Assembly: GCA_000004985.1 (NCBI GenBank) | Contig: GG738899.1 | Direction: 5' to 3' (one strand) | Length of the DNA stretch: 64,000 nt | Source of the DNA: Naegleria gruberi | Lineage: Eukaryota | Shown here: in pieces, positions 33,431 to 44,187 of the stretch | Layout of the letters: each line of letters starts with the position of its first letter | Position numbering within the stretch: position 1 is the stretch's first letter | The notes under the pieces: model-generated | Told to the model about the DNA's origin: nothing | The model's input: the letters and a program-made list of their open reading frames with translations, nothing else | Database searches by the model: none | Made by a program: the position numbers and the translations under genes

Positions 33431-35380
33431 ATGGTTTACATCCATGATGATTGTCTCTTTCACATTCTCACCTTTGTTCCATCGTTGGATTTGTTGAAAA
33501 ATTGTTTACTAGTTTCGAAACAATTTCAAGAGAATGCCAGAAGAGTTTCATTCACATTGGATTTTTCTGCCAATCTCCGAATGAGGAATTATGGAATTTC
33601 TCTCAAGGATGATTCTGAGAAAAAGGCAGATAATAATTGTTTGATCCGATTTAATGTTGAAGATTTGTTGAGTTGCCAATATTTGGAGAGATTGGAGAGT
33701 TTGAATTTGTCTTTTAATAATTTCGGAAGTTATGGAGCCAAATTAATTGCAGAAAGTAAATATTTAATGAATTTGAGAGAATTGATATTGAATGGATGTA
33801 CTATTCATGGAGAGGGGCTCGATTACTTGTTGAATAATGTTGAATTGGTGTCCAAATTGACTGGATTGGGATTAGCGAGATGTTGTCTTACAGATAAAGC
33901 TATTCAAAAGTTGGCAAACAACAAATCCAACCTAGAAAATTTGAAATATTTGGATTTAGAATATAATCATATTGAAATGATTGAATTTACTAATCTTATC
34001 CGTAATTTACCATGTAATTTGAAAGAGTTGAATGTATCACATTGTGGTCTTAATTGTGATCAATATATCCTTCAAGGGGATTCAATTCCAGAGCTCAGCT
34101 TGGAGGCTTTAAATTTATCATTTACGGCCATATTGGACGAACATTTAGAAGTATTGTGTAACAAATTGAAAAAATTGAAAACACTCCATCTAGTAAGAGT
34201 ATCAGTGGATGGAAGTTTTAAAAAGATTGTTTTGGACAAGTTACCCCAATTGACCTATCTTGATATTTCAAATGTTAATGCAACAAGCATTCTTTCAGAC
34301 CTGCGATCATGCGAAAAGTTGAAAACCTTGATTATGGATCGATGTCGGCTCAAGACTTTTGACCAGTTCCAGGATAGTAATTACTTGTCAGGAATTGAAA
34401 CTCTATCACTAATGGATAATGTATTTAATGAGAGTGTTGTTCTCACTATTGCACAAACTGCCAAGAAGAGAGGAATTAATTTGAACATTGATGTTTCCAT
34501 AAGTTCTGGACATCGAAAGAATTACAGAAAGATATTGACAAACTTGGTTGATAACAAAGTTTCCAAAATCAACCCAAAATTTGAAATAGAGGATGGCTTG
34601 TCTGATATTTTGAGCAAATTTGAATCTATAACATTTAAAAGCCGTGTTCCATCCTTAATTAATTCATGTGAATATTTACGAAATGTAACCATCATTGATC
34701 TTTACGACAATGAACTTGGAGATGAAGGTTTCAGAAACCTTTTCACAAATAATGTCATGCACAATTTAAGAAAATTGCTGCTTGGCTACAATGCTATCAA
34801 AGAAATACCATCACCAGAAGAATGTCATTCCAATTTGAAAAGCTTAACTCATTTGGATTTGAAATATAACTTGCTTGGAGATAATGGACTTATTCAACTT
34901 GTTAAAAATCCTCACTTGTCAAATTTGAGAATATTAGATCTTGAAATTAATGGAATAACTAAGGAAGGAATCAAATATCTTGTTGAAAGTCCCCACATGT
35001 CCAACTTGAATAGTTTAAATTTGGATGGTGCTGGTGGAGGCGACAGCAAAAACCATGGAATTCAACAGAATAAGATTGGAGATGAAGGATTTGAAATGCT
35101 CCTCAATTCAAATCTCAATAACTTGTTAGATTTGTGTGTTAGTTACAATGAGTTAGGAAATGAATCAGCCAAAGTTCTGGCTAACCACAAAGGAGCAAAG
35201 AATCTTGTTGAGATAATCATGTTCGAGAATACTTTCAATGATGAAGCCATTCCATACTTGACAAGTCCAGCCATTTTTAAACTTCACACCTTGAGAGTTT
35301 TATATAGTGAAATTTCCCCTGAAGGAATTCTTCAAGTTTTAGCCAGTCCTGCCTTCTCTGGTCTAAGTTATTCCATCTAA
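33431..35380 (+). CDS. F-box/LRR-repeat protein (RNI-type leucine-rich repeats).
   Basis: First ATG at 33431 (the track's 33389 start is a TTG). N-terminal F-box-like MVYIHDDCLFHILTFVPSLDLLKNCLLVSKQFQENARRV. Then ~20 LxxLxLxxNxI/LxxxG-type repeats (LESLNLSFNNFGSYGAKLIAES, LRELILNGCTIHGEG, LKYLDLEYNHIEMIEF, LRILDLEINGITKEGIKYL...). Single ORF. Confidence 0.7.
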   Translation: MVYIHDDCLFHILTFVPSLDLLKNCLLVSKQFQENARRVSFTLDFSANLRMRNYGISLKDDSEKKADNNCLIRFNVEDLLSCQYLERLESLNLSFNNFGSYGAKLIAESKYLMNLRELILNGCTIHGEGLDYLLNNVELVSKLTGLGLARCCLTDKAIQKLANNKSNLENLKYLDLEYNHIEMIEFTNLIRNLPCNLKELNVSHCGLNCDQYILQGDSIPELSLEALNLSFTAILDEHLEVLCNKLKKLKTLHLVRVSVDGSFKKIVLDKLPQLTYLDISNVNATSILSDLRSCEKLKTLIMDRCRLKTFDQFQDSNYLSGIETLSLMDNVFNESVVLTIAQTAKKRGINLNIDVSISSGHRKNYRKILTNLVDNKVSKINPKFEIEDGLSDILSKFESITFKSRVPSLINSCEYLRNVTIIDLYDNELGDEGFRNLFTNNVMHNLRKLLLGYNAIKEIPSPEECHSNLKSLTHLDLKYNLLGDNGLIQLVKNPHLSNLRILDLEINGITKEGIKYLVESPHMSNLNSLNLDGAGGGDSKNHGIQQNKIGDEGFEMLLNSNLNNLLDLCVSYNELGNESAKVLANHKGAKNLVEIIMFENTFNDEAIPYLTSPAIFKLHTLRVLYSEISPEGILQVLASPAFSGLSYSI

Positions 35381-35438
35381 TCACTTTCCATTATTTATTA
35401 TTATTATTTAAAATCAAATTTCATTTCTGAAAATAAAT

Positions 35439-36368
35439 TTGAAAATATTTTTCGTAACGGTCATAAAAAAAATGGAAAACTTGTCGAGAGCTTCCTTGCC
35501 ACTAATTCTTTCTTCTTTTGCTGTGGGTGTTTTATCGGTCAAGTTTTGTGAGTGGTTATTATTGAAGAGGAAGGATGAGGAGAAGATTGTTTCCACTTCA
35601 ACGCCATCTAATGTAGAACCTGTAACCACTACCACCACAACAACAACAACTCCAGAAGCATCATCAACAACAACAATAGAAAAGAAGGAAGAAAATGATG
35701 ATGAGGATTGGGAAGATGAAGGTGATGATGATGATGAATTTGATGAAGAGGAATCGGGTGAAGACTACTCTGACGAAGAGGATGACGATCCTAAAAAGTT
35801 ATTACTATTGGTGAGAACAGATGTAAATATGCAAAAAGGAAAGATGTGTGCTCAATGTGGACATGCTAGGTTTGTAATATTATAATAATTTAAATTAATA
35901 ATATTAATTCATCTACAATACTCTCATCTTCATATTAATGGATGAATTTGGAATTATATATTTGTGGATGTTNNNNNNNNNNNNNNNNNNNNNNNNNNNN
36001 NNNNNNNNNNNNNNNNNNNNNNTGGTTACACAAATGGATCATTATGGTGCTGCAAGATTGCTGTAAAGGTTGATAAGATCAAATGGATTTCTTCCAAACT
36101 GAAGCTAAGAAGAGAGGCCTCCCAACATACCGAGTGATTGATGCAGGAAGAACACAAATTGAAAGAGGAACAGCAACAGTTCTTGGTAAGTTTTCCTTCA
36201 TCATTTTGGAAATTAATTCAAATTTCATCAATTTATGTTACCATCTAACTATTAATGTTTTTAATATATTTGTCTAATTATTATTGCCATCTAACTATTA
36301 ACAACAGCTATTGGACCATGTCCTAATAGATTATTGGACTTTACCAAGGAATTGAAATTATTGTAATT
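35439..36368 (+). CDS. Peptidyl-tRNA hydrolase, PTH2 family, with N-terminal transmembrane anchor and acidic linker. Multi-exon; the gene spans a 60-N assembly gap (~35963-36022), and the sequence just 3' of the gap has at least 2 apparent -1 frameshifts.
   Basis: Exon 1 (35439-~35869) has transmembrane segment LPLILSSFAVGVLSV, D/E-rich EDWEDEGDDDDEFDEEE, and catalytic-domain start KKLLLLVRTDVNMQKGKMCAQCGHA followed by GTTTGT. After the gap three frames together spell QMDHYGAA/KIAVKVDKIK/DFFQTEAKKRGLPTYRVIDAGRTQIERGTATVLG|GTAAGT (PTH2 core, cf. ...DAGRTQI..G..TVLG). Last exon ~36307-36368 encodes AIGPCPNRLLDFTKELKLL*. Confidence 0.65.
35963..36022. other. Assembly gap (60 N) within the PTH2 gene.
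   Basis: Literal run of n. Confidence 0.95.
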
Positions 36369-36470
36369 AAGATCTATTGGGTGTGGAATTTGTGGAGAAT
36401 AGATTTTGAGGAATGATAAATTTTGTCTTGACACTAGTCAATTAATTATCTATTTATTATTTAGTGTTTT

Positions 36471-38894
36471 TTACATTTTAATTGGAGAATTAATGATGGA
36501 AACAGCATCTCCAGCACTATAGAGGGCAACAGCAAAGTAAAAGATATCATCTTCGCCATTCAATCGTTTAACAATTTCTTGGAAAGCAATTCCTAAAGGT
36601 TGACTATTCTTTACAAATGAGAGAGTGCCATTGGTTCTCAAATCAACTTGGACTTTGAAGGTATCTCCCGTTCCACCTCCACCGAAATTATCATCATAGT
36701 GGAGTGAGTGGAAATTGTGACAAGTATGACCATTGTACAGGTAATAACACCAACCATTTTCATAATTGAGATTTCCGTTCAAATTCACATCAGCTTTGCA
36801 AATACCAATGTTGATAATGCCCTGGGCGGTCTTGTTAACTTTGAGATTGAATTCTTTACGTTGTCCAAATCTGATTGGCTCGACACACAAATTTACAGAC
36901 CATCCATCAATGTTAATCTTGGTAAGGGTTTTGCCTTCGTTGGAAACTTGTAAATCTTTACCAGTCATGAGGAGATCAAATCCACTGACAATTCCACTCA
37001 CGTGGTGTCGAGGCTTTGTTGTGAAAAAGTCGTCATCGCTAGATACTCCAATTACTTCAGAGCTATCAAAGATCGAGGTTGGACTCAGTACAGAAATCTG
37101 TTCTACATGCATCACTGGAGCAGAAAGTAAATTGCTGGTACTAATATTGGCAATTCCAGCAAGTTGTTGAGTGGTTGTCTTTTGGAGAGCCAATTGTTGA
37201 TTGGCCTTATCTACCTTGTGTACTATTGTATTGAGTTGACAGCTCATTGCCTTGGCAATCTTCTTTAAAAGCTTGACTTGCAGTTCCAGATCTGCCACGT
37301 ACTTTTCAGGGATGGAAATCAAATAGTGCAAACATTCAGGAGACAAGTATTGGAGACGAATATGATTTAACAGAGTTGGGAAGTATTTCTTTCTCACTTG
37401 GAAATCGTATTCTACCCACAGAAGAGCAGCATTTAAAATATCGTCCTCAGTTCTCACATTCAAGTCATCTCTCGAAATAATGTTCAGCACTGTTTCAACA
37501 TCTCCAATTAAATTCAATTGACCATTCTTGCATATGATAAAGAATTTCTGGGCTATGAATTGGCTGGCCTTTGTTTTGAGAGATTGATATTTGGAATTTT
37601 CCAAGAAAATACACGAAAGCACATTAAATTCGTTCAAATTCTTCTCCAGATATGCCTCGCAAATCGATGCCAAATCCACAAACATGTACTTATCAGCAAT
37701 CTCCAACAGTGGAGCAGAATCGCACTCCAAACAATCCACTTCCAAAGTATACATTGTCTTGATCATTATACAGAAAATTCGCACATCCTCATATCCTATA
37801 TCGTTCTCCTGATCTTGATTATTATGAAAATCAGGACACTCCATCACTGAATGATCCATTATTTCAATAAAATCACATTTCGTTTTCATCTTTCCAAACA
37901 TCATTTCTTTAAAAAATGGACTATACAGTGATAGAATTGCCTTATTAACATAGAGTGTTGTTGAGGTCAGTTGAGGAATATCATTCGTCTTGATTGTCAA
38001 ATTGTCCTGCAACGAATCCACTTCTGTTGCATTGGTATGTAAACAATTTGGTAGTGTTGATGAACTGTCTTCCTTGTCTGATGAATTTTCACAACACGAC
38101 AATACATTCCCCAAATTCAACTTGTTCGAATGTTTCATCACAATCCTAAAATCAGCCAACTCCTCATTATTAAACAAACTCGGTACATTACTCTCAAAAC
38201 TCTTCCCAAATGTAATTTTCGCCTTTTGCAATCTCACATTATTCTCAGAGAGAACAAATCCTCTCAGTGAACTATTCAATATCGTGTTGGTCATGCTCAA
38301 ATTCCTCGTGTGATGTCTCTGTGGAGGTGTTTGTCCCCCCATCATGATTGGTGAACTAGGTGGAGGTGGTGGATTAAAATTGATAGATTGTAAAATTGAG
38401 GGTGATTGCTGATTGGTTAGGGATGAACTGTTACTTCCTTCACTTGTGGTGGTGCTAGTGGTGCTGTTAGAAATGGCGATGGGTGAAGATTTTGTTTGAT
38501 TGTTATCGGTTGTTGATGTTGCGATTATTGATGATGAAGTGTTTAATGAAGTGGGAGAATTATTCGAAAGTAAAGTTTCTTTGGAATCTTGTTCGGTTGC
38601 TTGGAGAATATTTAGTGGATTTGATGAGGGAGAAACATTTTGGACTGCAAGAACCATTCCTGAAAGTGTTTCCGATGATGAATTTGTTATTGTTGTATTA
38701 ATTTCTTGATTATCCGAAGATGTTGTATTATTCGAAATGTCATTCGAAACATTTAAAACTAATTGCGTCGGTGAAGAGGAAAATTGTTTAGTGTTGNCGG
38801 ATCCACCAACACTTGTTTCGAATATTGTTCTTGGTGAAGAAGAAGATGATGCATTCGATGATGATGACGAATTATTCGAATACCTCTTTGACAT
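36471..38894 (-). CDS. BTB/POZ-BACK protein with C-terminal SPRY/PHR-like beta-sandwich domain and N-terminal S/T/N-rich region.
   Basis: Single 807-aa ORF (one ambiguous base at ~38797). BTB-like FNNEELADFRIVMKHSN...TLYVNKAILSLYSPFFKEMMFGKM...DVRIFCIMIKTMYTLEVD. BACK-like LEIADKYMFVDLASICEAYL...LLNHIRLQYLSPECL. C-terminal ~180 aa (...TLTKINIDGWSVNLCVEPIRFGQRKEFNLKVNKTAQGIINIGICKADVNLNG...GWCYYLYNGHTCH...GDTFKVQVDLRTNGTLSFVKNSQPLGIAFQ) resembles a SPRY/PHR fold. Confidence 0.6.
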   Translation of the reverse strand: MSKRYSNNSSSSSNASSSSSPRTIFETSVGGSXNTKQFSSSPTQLVLNVSNDISNNTTSSDNQEINTTITNSSSETLSGMVLAVQNVSPSSNPLNILQATEQDSKETLLSNNSPTSLNTSSSIIATSTTDNNQTKSSPIAISNSTTSTTTSEGSNSSSLTNQQSPSILQSINFNPPPPPSSPIMMGGQTPPQRHHTRNLSMTNTILNSSLRGFVLSENNVRLQKAKITFGKSFESNVPSLFNNEELADFRIVMKHSNKLNLGNVLSCCENSSDKEDSSSTLPNCLHTNATEVDSLQDNLTIKTNDIPQLTSTTLYVNKAILSLYSPFFKEMMFGKMKTKCDFIEIMDHSVMECPDFHNNQDQENDIGYEDVRIFCIMIKTMYTLEVDCLECDSAPLLEIADKYMFVDLASICEAYLEKNLNEFNVLSCIFLENSKYQSLKTKASQFIAQKFFIICKNGQLNLIGDVETVLNIISRDDLNVRTEDDILNAALLWVEYDFQVRKKYFPTLLNHIRLQYLSPECLHYLISIPEKYVADLELQVKLLKKIAKAMSCQLNTIVHKVDKANQQLALQKTTTQQLAGIANISTSNLLSAPVMHVEQISVLSPTSIFDSSEVIGVSSDDDFFTTKPRHHVSGIVSGFDLLMTGKDLQVSNEGKTLTKINIDGWSVNLCVEPIRFGQRKEFNLKVNKTAQGIINIGICKADVNLNGNLNYENGWCYYLYNGHTCHNFHSLHYDDNFGGGGTGDTFKVQVDLRTNGTLSFVKNSQPLGIAFQEIVKRLNGEDDIFYFAVALYSAGDAVSIINSPIKM

Positions 38895-40029
38895 TTTTTT
38901 TCCGACGGATTTAGTATTAACTCTATTGTAAACCCGTTCCAGTACATTTTGATTTTACAAAATACTGATAACATCTAGAAACAAGTCGATTGGAAAAATT
39001 GAAACTGTTATTCATTAGCAGCAACGAAATTGGAGCGGAAGGAATTAAATCGAAAGATCTCCACATGTTGTTGAGGTCTAACTATGTACATGTTGTGAAA
39101 TTGTAATTTCCTTCATCATGATCCTCAGCATGGAAACTGAGAATGGAAATGGATTCCATCGATTCAATAACGACATAATCAATACGCACGCATCGTTCCT
39201 TCACAAACCAAATAATGAGAGCCACTAAAACAACTTAAAACAATTCTTTCATTCCTAAACTCTTAAACTGGATCAAAAGAAACCCAAACAATTAATTGTT
39301 AACTTTTCACAAGATCATGACCAAGATTAATACCATTTTAATTTCAACCTCAATCATTTCCGTTGGGTTGATAATTGGCCTACTCATCATTTTATCCAAT
39401 TAAAAAAAAAAGCAATCATGAAGAATTTATTTGCCACCAATTTCAAGTCAAATAATGCTGCCGAAACCAAAACCAAAGATGCAACTGCCAATTTCTGGTC
39501 CTTTGTAGAACATTGACTGGAATGTAATACAGTTTTTATTGCTTATAACTACTATATATCTGTTGATTCTTCCAAATGATAAATGTCAGAAATCTTTCCA
39601 TTATCAACCGTGTGAATATCAATGGTCATAATACTGAATGCCTTAGTTCCATCTCAATTCGCTCCCAAAAAAATCACCAACCGATATTACCAGTGCAAAT
39701 TGATCTTACCATTACTCTAATTGTCAACTTGCAAAAATTCTTGAACGTCCCATTTGAGATTTGGTTCTTGTTGACAATCCATGCAATTTGTATCTCTTTT
39801 TTATAACATTGAATTCATGATTTTTGTTTTAAGTTTTTAACGGTAACAAAAGGCGCTTATTCACCAACATGCAAGCTAGACAAATGAATTCTATCGAAAG
39901 GAATATCAAATATTGCGTCCTCTCTATCTAGACAAGATATTCTCTTCATCAACTTTCTTGCGTTCATCTTATTGAAGATCACACAATATTTAAACACGAT
40001 TGATCATATAATGAAAACAAAAAGAAAAA

Positions 40030-40853
40030 AATGTCCAAGCCAATACTCACTTATTTCAGCTCGAGAGGGAAATCAGAGTTGATTAGAATTATTCTTGCTG
40101 ATTGTGGTAAGTGTGGATGATGATCATTATTACAATTTTAATATTATTTAATATTATTTAATATTTATTTAATATTAATTAAAATTGTAAATAATTTGAT
40201 GAGTAGGAGTTGATTATGATGAAGTCAATGTTGGAGTTTGGCATCCAACTGAAAAATCCGATGCTTTTAAACAACTTGTAGAAAGTAAAACTCTTGCTTT
40301 TGACTCACTTCCAAGTTATCAAGATGATCAAATCTTACTTGTCCAATCATCTTCAATTGTTAGATATTTGGGTAAGAAATTTGGATTGGCTGGTAAAGAT
40401 CTCGTTGAGGAAAGTCTCATTGATCAATATTATGAAGGAATTTTGGATTTGAATGTTTTATTGAGATCGGCCTTTACTGCCTCATATCCAGTTTCTTCTG
40501 AAATCACCAATGAAAGTATCGAGCAAAAGATTCAAATCATTTTGAAGGAGAAATTACCAAAATTATTGCAATTCTTTGAAAGAGCATTGGAAGGTGGAAA
40601 GGAATATCTTGTTGGTGGTAAAATTTCATATGCAGATATTGCATTATTCTATGCTTTGGATACTTATACAGAAGTTTTGGGAAGCTACTTTGAAAATCAA
40701 TTGAATAGTGGTGAGGAATTGAAGAATTTGAAACAATTACATGCAAGAGTTAAGGCAAGAGAAGGTATTCAAAAGCATTTGAACAATCCTAATAGATTCC
40801 CTAAACAATCACTTCCAGGTTATGAAAAGATAGCTCAACAATTACAACAATAA
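40030..40853 (+). CDS. Glutathione S-transferase, sigma-class-like (prostaglandin-D-synthase-type GST). Two exons: 40030-40105 and 40207-40853.
   Basis: Exon 1 MSKPILTYFSSRGKSELIRIILADC|G with GTAAGT donor. Exon 2 after the GAGTAG acceptor continues VDYDEVNVGVWHPTEKSDAFKQLVESKTLAFDSLPSYQDDQILLVQSSSIVRYLGKKFGLAG... (classic GST N-domain: Y-F-x-x-RG-x-x-E, QxPxL-like, SxAIxRYL). C-terminal helical domain in track ORF 40368-40853. Confidence 0.85.
40131..40200. repeat. AT-rich simple repeat (TTTAATATTA-like units) inside the GST intron.
   Basis: taatattatttaatattatttaatatttatttaatattaattaaaattgtaaataatttg, read directly. Confidence 0.6.
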
Positions 40854-41070
40854 ATCAATCACCACCATATATGGCACTTTATTGTAATCCAATTCAATAT
40901 CCATGACATGTGTGTCCACAGCAAATAAGCACAAACTGTAGTTATATGTATGGATGATTTTGATTCTGTTTAACCGTAAGTTCTCAAGTTCATCAAGAAA
41001 AAAATACCTCAATAAGAACCTTCTGGTTTTTCAAATCCATCATCAGTTAATTTCTATTACATTATAACTA

Positions 41071-42945
41071 TTGAAAATGTGTCATGGTTGTTATGCTCCA
41101 CCATTGTTTTTGTTACCGGTTTTGTTGGTAGTAGAGGCTTTTAGAGGGATCGGGAAAGGAATACAAAGTGTTGATCAAGCAATTCGGGCCAACAATTTAA
41201 AGATGATAGAATTATTCAAGCAAAAGAAACATGATTTGGATTTATCTGCTTCTAATCAGCTGTTGGATAAGTCGAGTGTTTCCATTCAGGAAATTAAAAA
41301 ACATGTTGATGAGTTGAATGATAATGATAGGGAACAATTAGCCAAATTGTTGATTCAGAGATGTATTGCCCGATTGGAACAACCTGATTATGGATTGGCT
41401 AAGGATGATATGCTTGAGGCATTGTCATTGATGAATGCAACTGGTGAATCGGGTAATGATGGTTCTTCTTCTTTTGGTTCATTCTGTAGGAATTTCTATT
41501 TGGCTGAATACTTGTTGGGAATGTGTTATCACGGAAATGGTGATTTTAAGGAGGCTGCTATTCATTTCCAAAAATCTATTGAACACAGATCTTATGTAGA
41601 ATCTCAATTGATCGATCATCAAGACAATGAGAAGGAACTTATTGCAATGGAAGAACAATTCTTTTCCATGCAATTAGAAGCAAAGAAGCCAGTGGAAAAG
41701 GTTGCTGCTTCTTGGACTAAAAATTGGAGCTATTATGCCAATAGTGTTACTAATTTTACAAATAAGGCCAAGAATTTCTATAACCACAATTTAATGCTAG
41801 GCTCAGATAAGCCAGTCCTCAAGACCAAACCAAATACCTACATTACCTTGGAATTGTTGTACATTAGAGCAGGTGTCTCCTATTATTCTGGCACCTATTA
41901 TGCAAATGGCGTTGAATATTTCAATAGAGCTATAGAATTGGGAGAGAGCTATCAATCAGAATATTTGGAGTCATCCTATTATAATAGAGGATTGTGTTAT
42001 TATTATTTAGGAGAATTGGAAACAGCTATTGAAGATTTTACCAAATCCATTTCTTTAATGCCTCTCCTAAAACAAAGAGATGCTGTCTATTTAATGAGAG
42101 CTGCCACATATGGAAGATTGGGTATGATCAAAGAGAAGGAGCAGGACGAATATAAGGCTCGTCTCATAAATCCATTCGGAAAACCTCTTCCATTATTTCA
42201 CCTTAGATTATTAGATGATGATACACTTTGTCATATTATGAGCTTCCTTCAAACCAGACAAGTATTGGTAATGTCATCTCTGAACAAGTACTCAAGAAAT
42301 CTTGTAAAGAGCTACCTACAACAATATGATATTGAAATTAGTTATTCTGCTCTGGTTGTTACTGAAAAGAAACCAGCATCTTTGGGACAAACTTGGTTCC
42401 TGCCAAAGGAAAGTTTACCAGGAAAAGCTGAGATGGTCAATCACGTACTCCAACATTCTCTGCTTAAGCATGTAAGAAATATGAGATTGTTAGCTTGTTC
42501 GTCTCATTTTTTTACTGAAATACACTTTGAAGAACAAGTCCTATCTAAAACTAAGAATTTGAAGAGATTGGCATTGTATGAGTATACACCTGTACAATCA
42601 ATACTCCCAGTTCACTCTCCTGATCTCGAATACTTGGAAATTGGTTCGAGTATTTACAATGACTACCATTTCCGTCCATTCATCTCCAAGTTTACTAATT
42701 TGAAGCATTTAAAACTTGGAGTTGCTTTCTTCCCTTCTTTGAATCCATTCTCTGATAATCCTAATCTTCAAATTGTAGAATATTTACCAATCACTGATCA
42801 AGACACGGAATACTATGTGAATTATACTGGCTCCAAGCCAGTTGGAAATACTTGGGAAGAATTGAAATCTTTGAATCCTCACATTGTTTTTAAAGAGTAC
42901 CAAGCAAGTACCAGCAGTTGTCTCTATGATTTTACTTCTTACTAA
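41071..42945 (+). CDS. TPR-repeat / F-box-like / LRR-like protein.
   Basis: Single 624-aa ORF. TPR-like helices (GNGDFKEAAIHFQKSIEH, YFNRAIELGESYQSEY, TAIEDFTKSISLMP). F-box-like LPLFHLRLLDDDTLCHIMSFLQTRQVLVMSSLNKYSRNLV. C-terminal LRR-like NLKRLALYEY...LEYLEIGSS...NLKHLKLGVAFFPSL. Confidence 0.5.
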   Translation: MKMCHGCYAPPLFLLPVLLVVEAFRGIGKGIQSVDQAIRANNLKMIELFKQKKHDLDLSASNQLLDKSSVSIQEIKKHVDELNDNDREQLAKLLIQRCIARLEQPDYGLAKDDMLEALSLMNATGESGNDGSSSFGSFCRNFYLAEYLLGMCYHGNGDFKEAAIHFQKSIEHRSYVESQLIDHQDNEKELIAMEEQFFSMQLEAKKPVEKVAASWTKNWSYYANSVTNFTNKAKNFYNHNLMLGSDKPVLKTKPNTYITLELLYIRAGVSYYSGTYYANGVEYFNRAIELGESYQSEYLESSYYNRGLCYYYLGELETAIEDFTKSISLMPLLKQRDAVYLMRAATYGRLGMIKEKEQDEYKARLINPFGKPLPLFHLRLLDDDTLCHIMSFLQTRQVLVMSSLNKYSRNLVKSYLQQYDIEISYSALVVTEKKPASLGQTWFLPKESLPGKAEMVNHVLQHSLLKHVRNMRLLACSSHFFTEIHFEEQVLSKTKNLKRLALYEYTPVQSILPVHSPDLEYLEIGSSIYNDYHFRPFISKFTNLKHLKLGVAFFPSLNPFSDNPNLQIVEYLPITDQDTEYYVNYTGSKPVGNTWEELKSLNPHIVFKEYQASTSSCLYDFTSY

Positions 42946-43208
42946 AAATGGAGTCCTTAATAAAGCTGATGATGATTTTAATAATTAATTAACTGATAAA
43001 TGGATCTTGATATCTTTGAGTTCTCTTTCTTTTGCAGTATGAACAAAATATTAACACAAATCATAATAAATATTGATGTGTTTTTGAATTTTTTTAACAT
43101 TCACTGAAATGTTTTATTATTGGAAATATATTTGGCCTCAACCCATCATCATTTGCACTTGTCATCACACGGAAAGTTGACAGAAATTAAAAATCAATTT
43201 AAAAAAAA

Positions 43209-44070
43209 ATGTCAGAAACCATCCACTTTGAATTTATCAACATTCCTGCCTCCGAAAAGGACCCATTCGTCATCAAAATTGGTGGAAATGAAGTTTATTC
43301 GTAAGTTTCCACCACTTTCTTCTAACATTTCCAATAGAGCTACCGAAACCTTGAAGGACACTAAATTTTCCCTCAAAATCTCACCATCCGGTCTATCTGC
43401 CATCCATCGTGAATTTATCAACTTTATAATTCCACAAGCAGACATTGATGAATTAAATCAATATGATTTAACTAATAAGGGATATTATCTGAAAGTTCGT
43501 GTAAAGAATTTGGGAGAATTATCAGTAACTCAGGGAGTGAATGCTGCTATGGATGAAGCTAATGTCATTGTTGATGATCAACGTAAATTCTATGTTGATG
43601 AAAAGACTGGAGAATATACCTAGTAAGTTTAGTTTTATTTCGGATAAAAATAATTTAACACTGGATTAATTACTTGATGATTTTGAAAAATTAGTAAATA
43701 TAACAAACCAGCCTATCTTGCAGATGATTATGAGAAAAGTCCAAAGAATAAGCTTACAAAGGCAGTTCACAATTCAGCAGACTTTGGAACTGATTCCACA
43801 CGTATCTGGCTTCACTTGTCAGGAATTGATGCCTCAGAAGAAGATCCTTTTGAAATCTTGGATGCTGATCAAAATGATAAGAGAATCATGCATACCACTA
43901 AACCAATCTTTAGAAAGAAGGAAATGATGATCTATGTCAAGAAGAATGATCCTCAAGCTAAAACACACATTGCTAATTTGCATATCAAGATTCCAAGTGT
44001 TGGTGTTGATACAGTTAGTGATTTTGATTTGACTACTTTGGGTACCCATATTTTGATTGCTGTTTTGTAA
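43209..44070 (+). CDS. Hypothetical protein made of two copies of a ~95-aa domain I do not recognise. Three exons ~43209-43301, ~43350-43620, ~43691-44070.
   Basis: ATG at 43209 (MSETIHFEFINIPASEKDPFVIKIGGNEVYS|GTAAGT). Second exon ATETLKD...EKTGEYT ends ..acc ta|GTAAGT. Acceptor AAATTAG|T restores the frame into the C-terminal copy ...IWLHLSGIDASEEDPFEILDADQND...HILIAVL* (track ORF 43816-44070). The two halves share the I(N/D)(I/A)xASE(K/E)DPF(V/E)I motif. Confidence 0.5.
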
Positions 44071-44187
44071 GTATTTAAATTACCATATTTGTTAATATTT
44101 ACAATATATATATGAACAAATACAAATATAAATGAAAAATATAGAAATGAAGGATCCAATGTTGAAATTCAACAAAGAACAAACAAA

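Noticed and set aside
39317-39520. Two short hydrophobic mini-ORFs (~28-32 aa) in the intergenic region before the GST gene.
   Set aside because: They are too short and low-complexity to call, and have no conserved motif.
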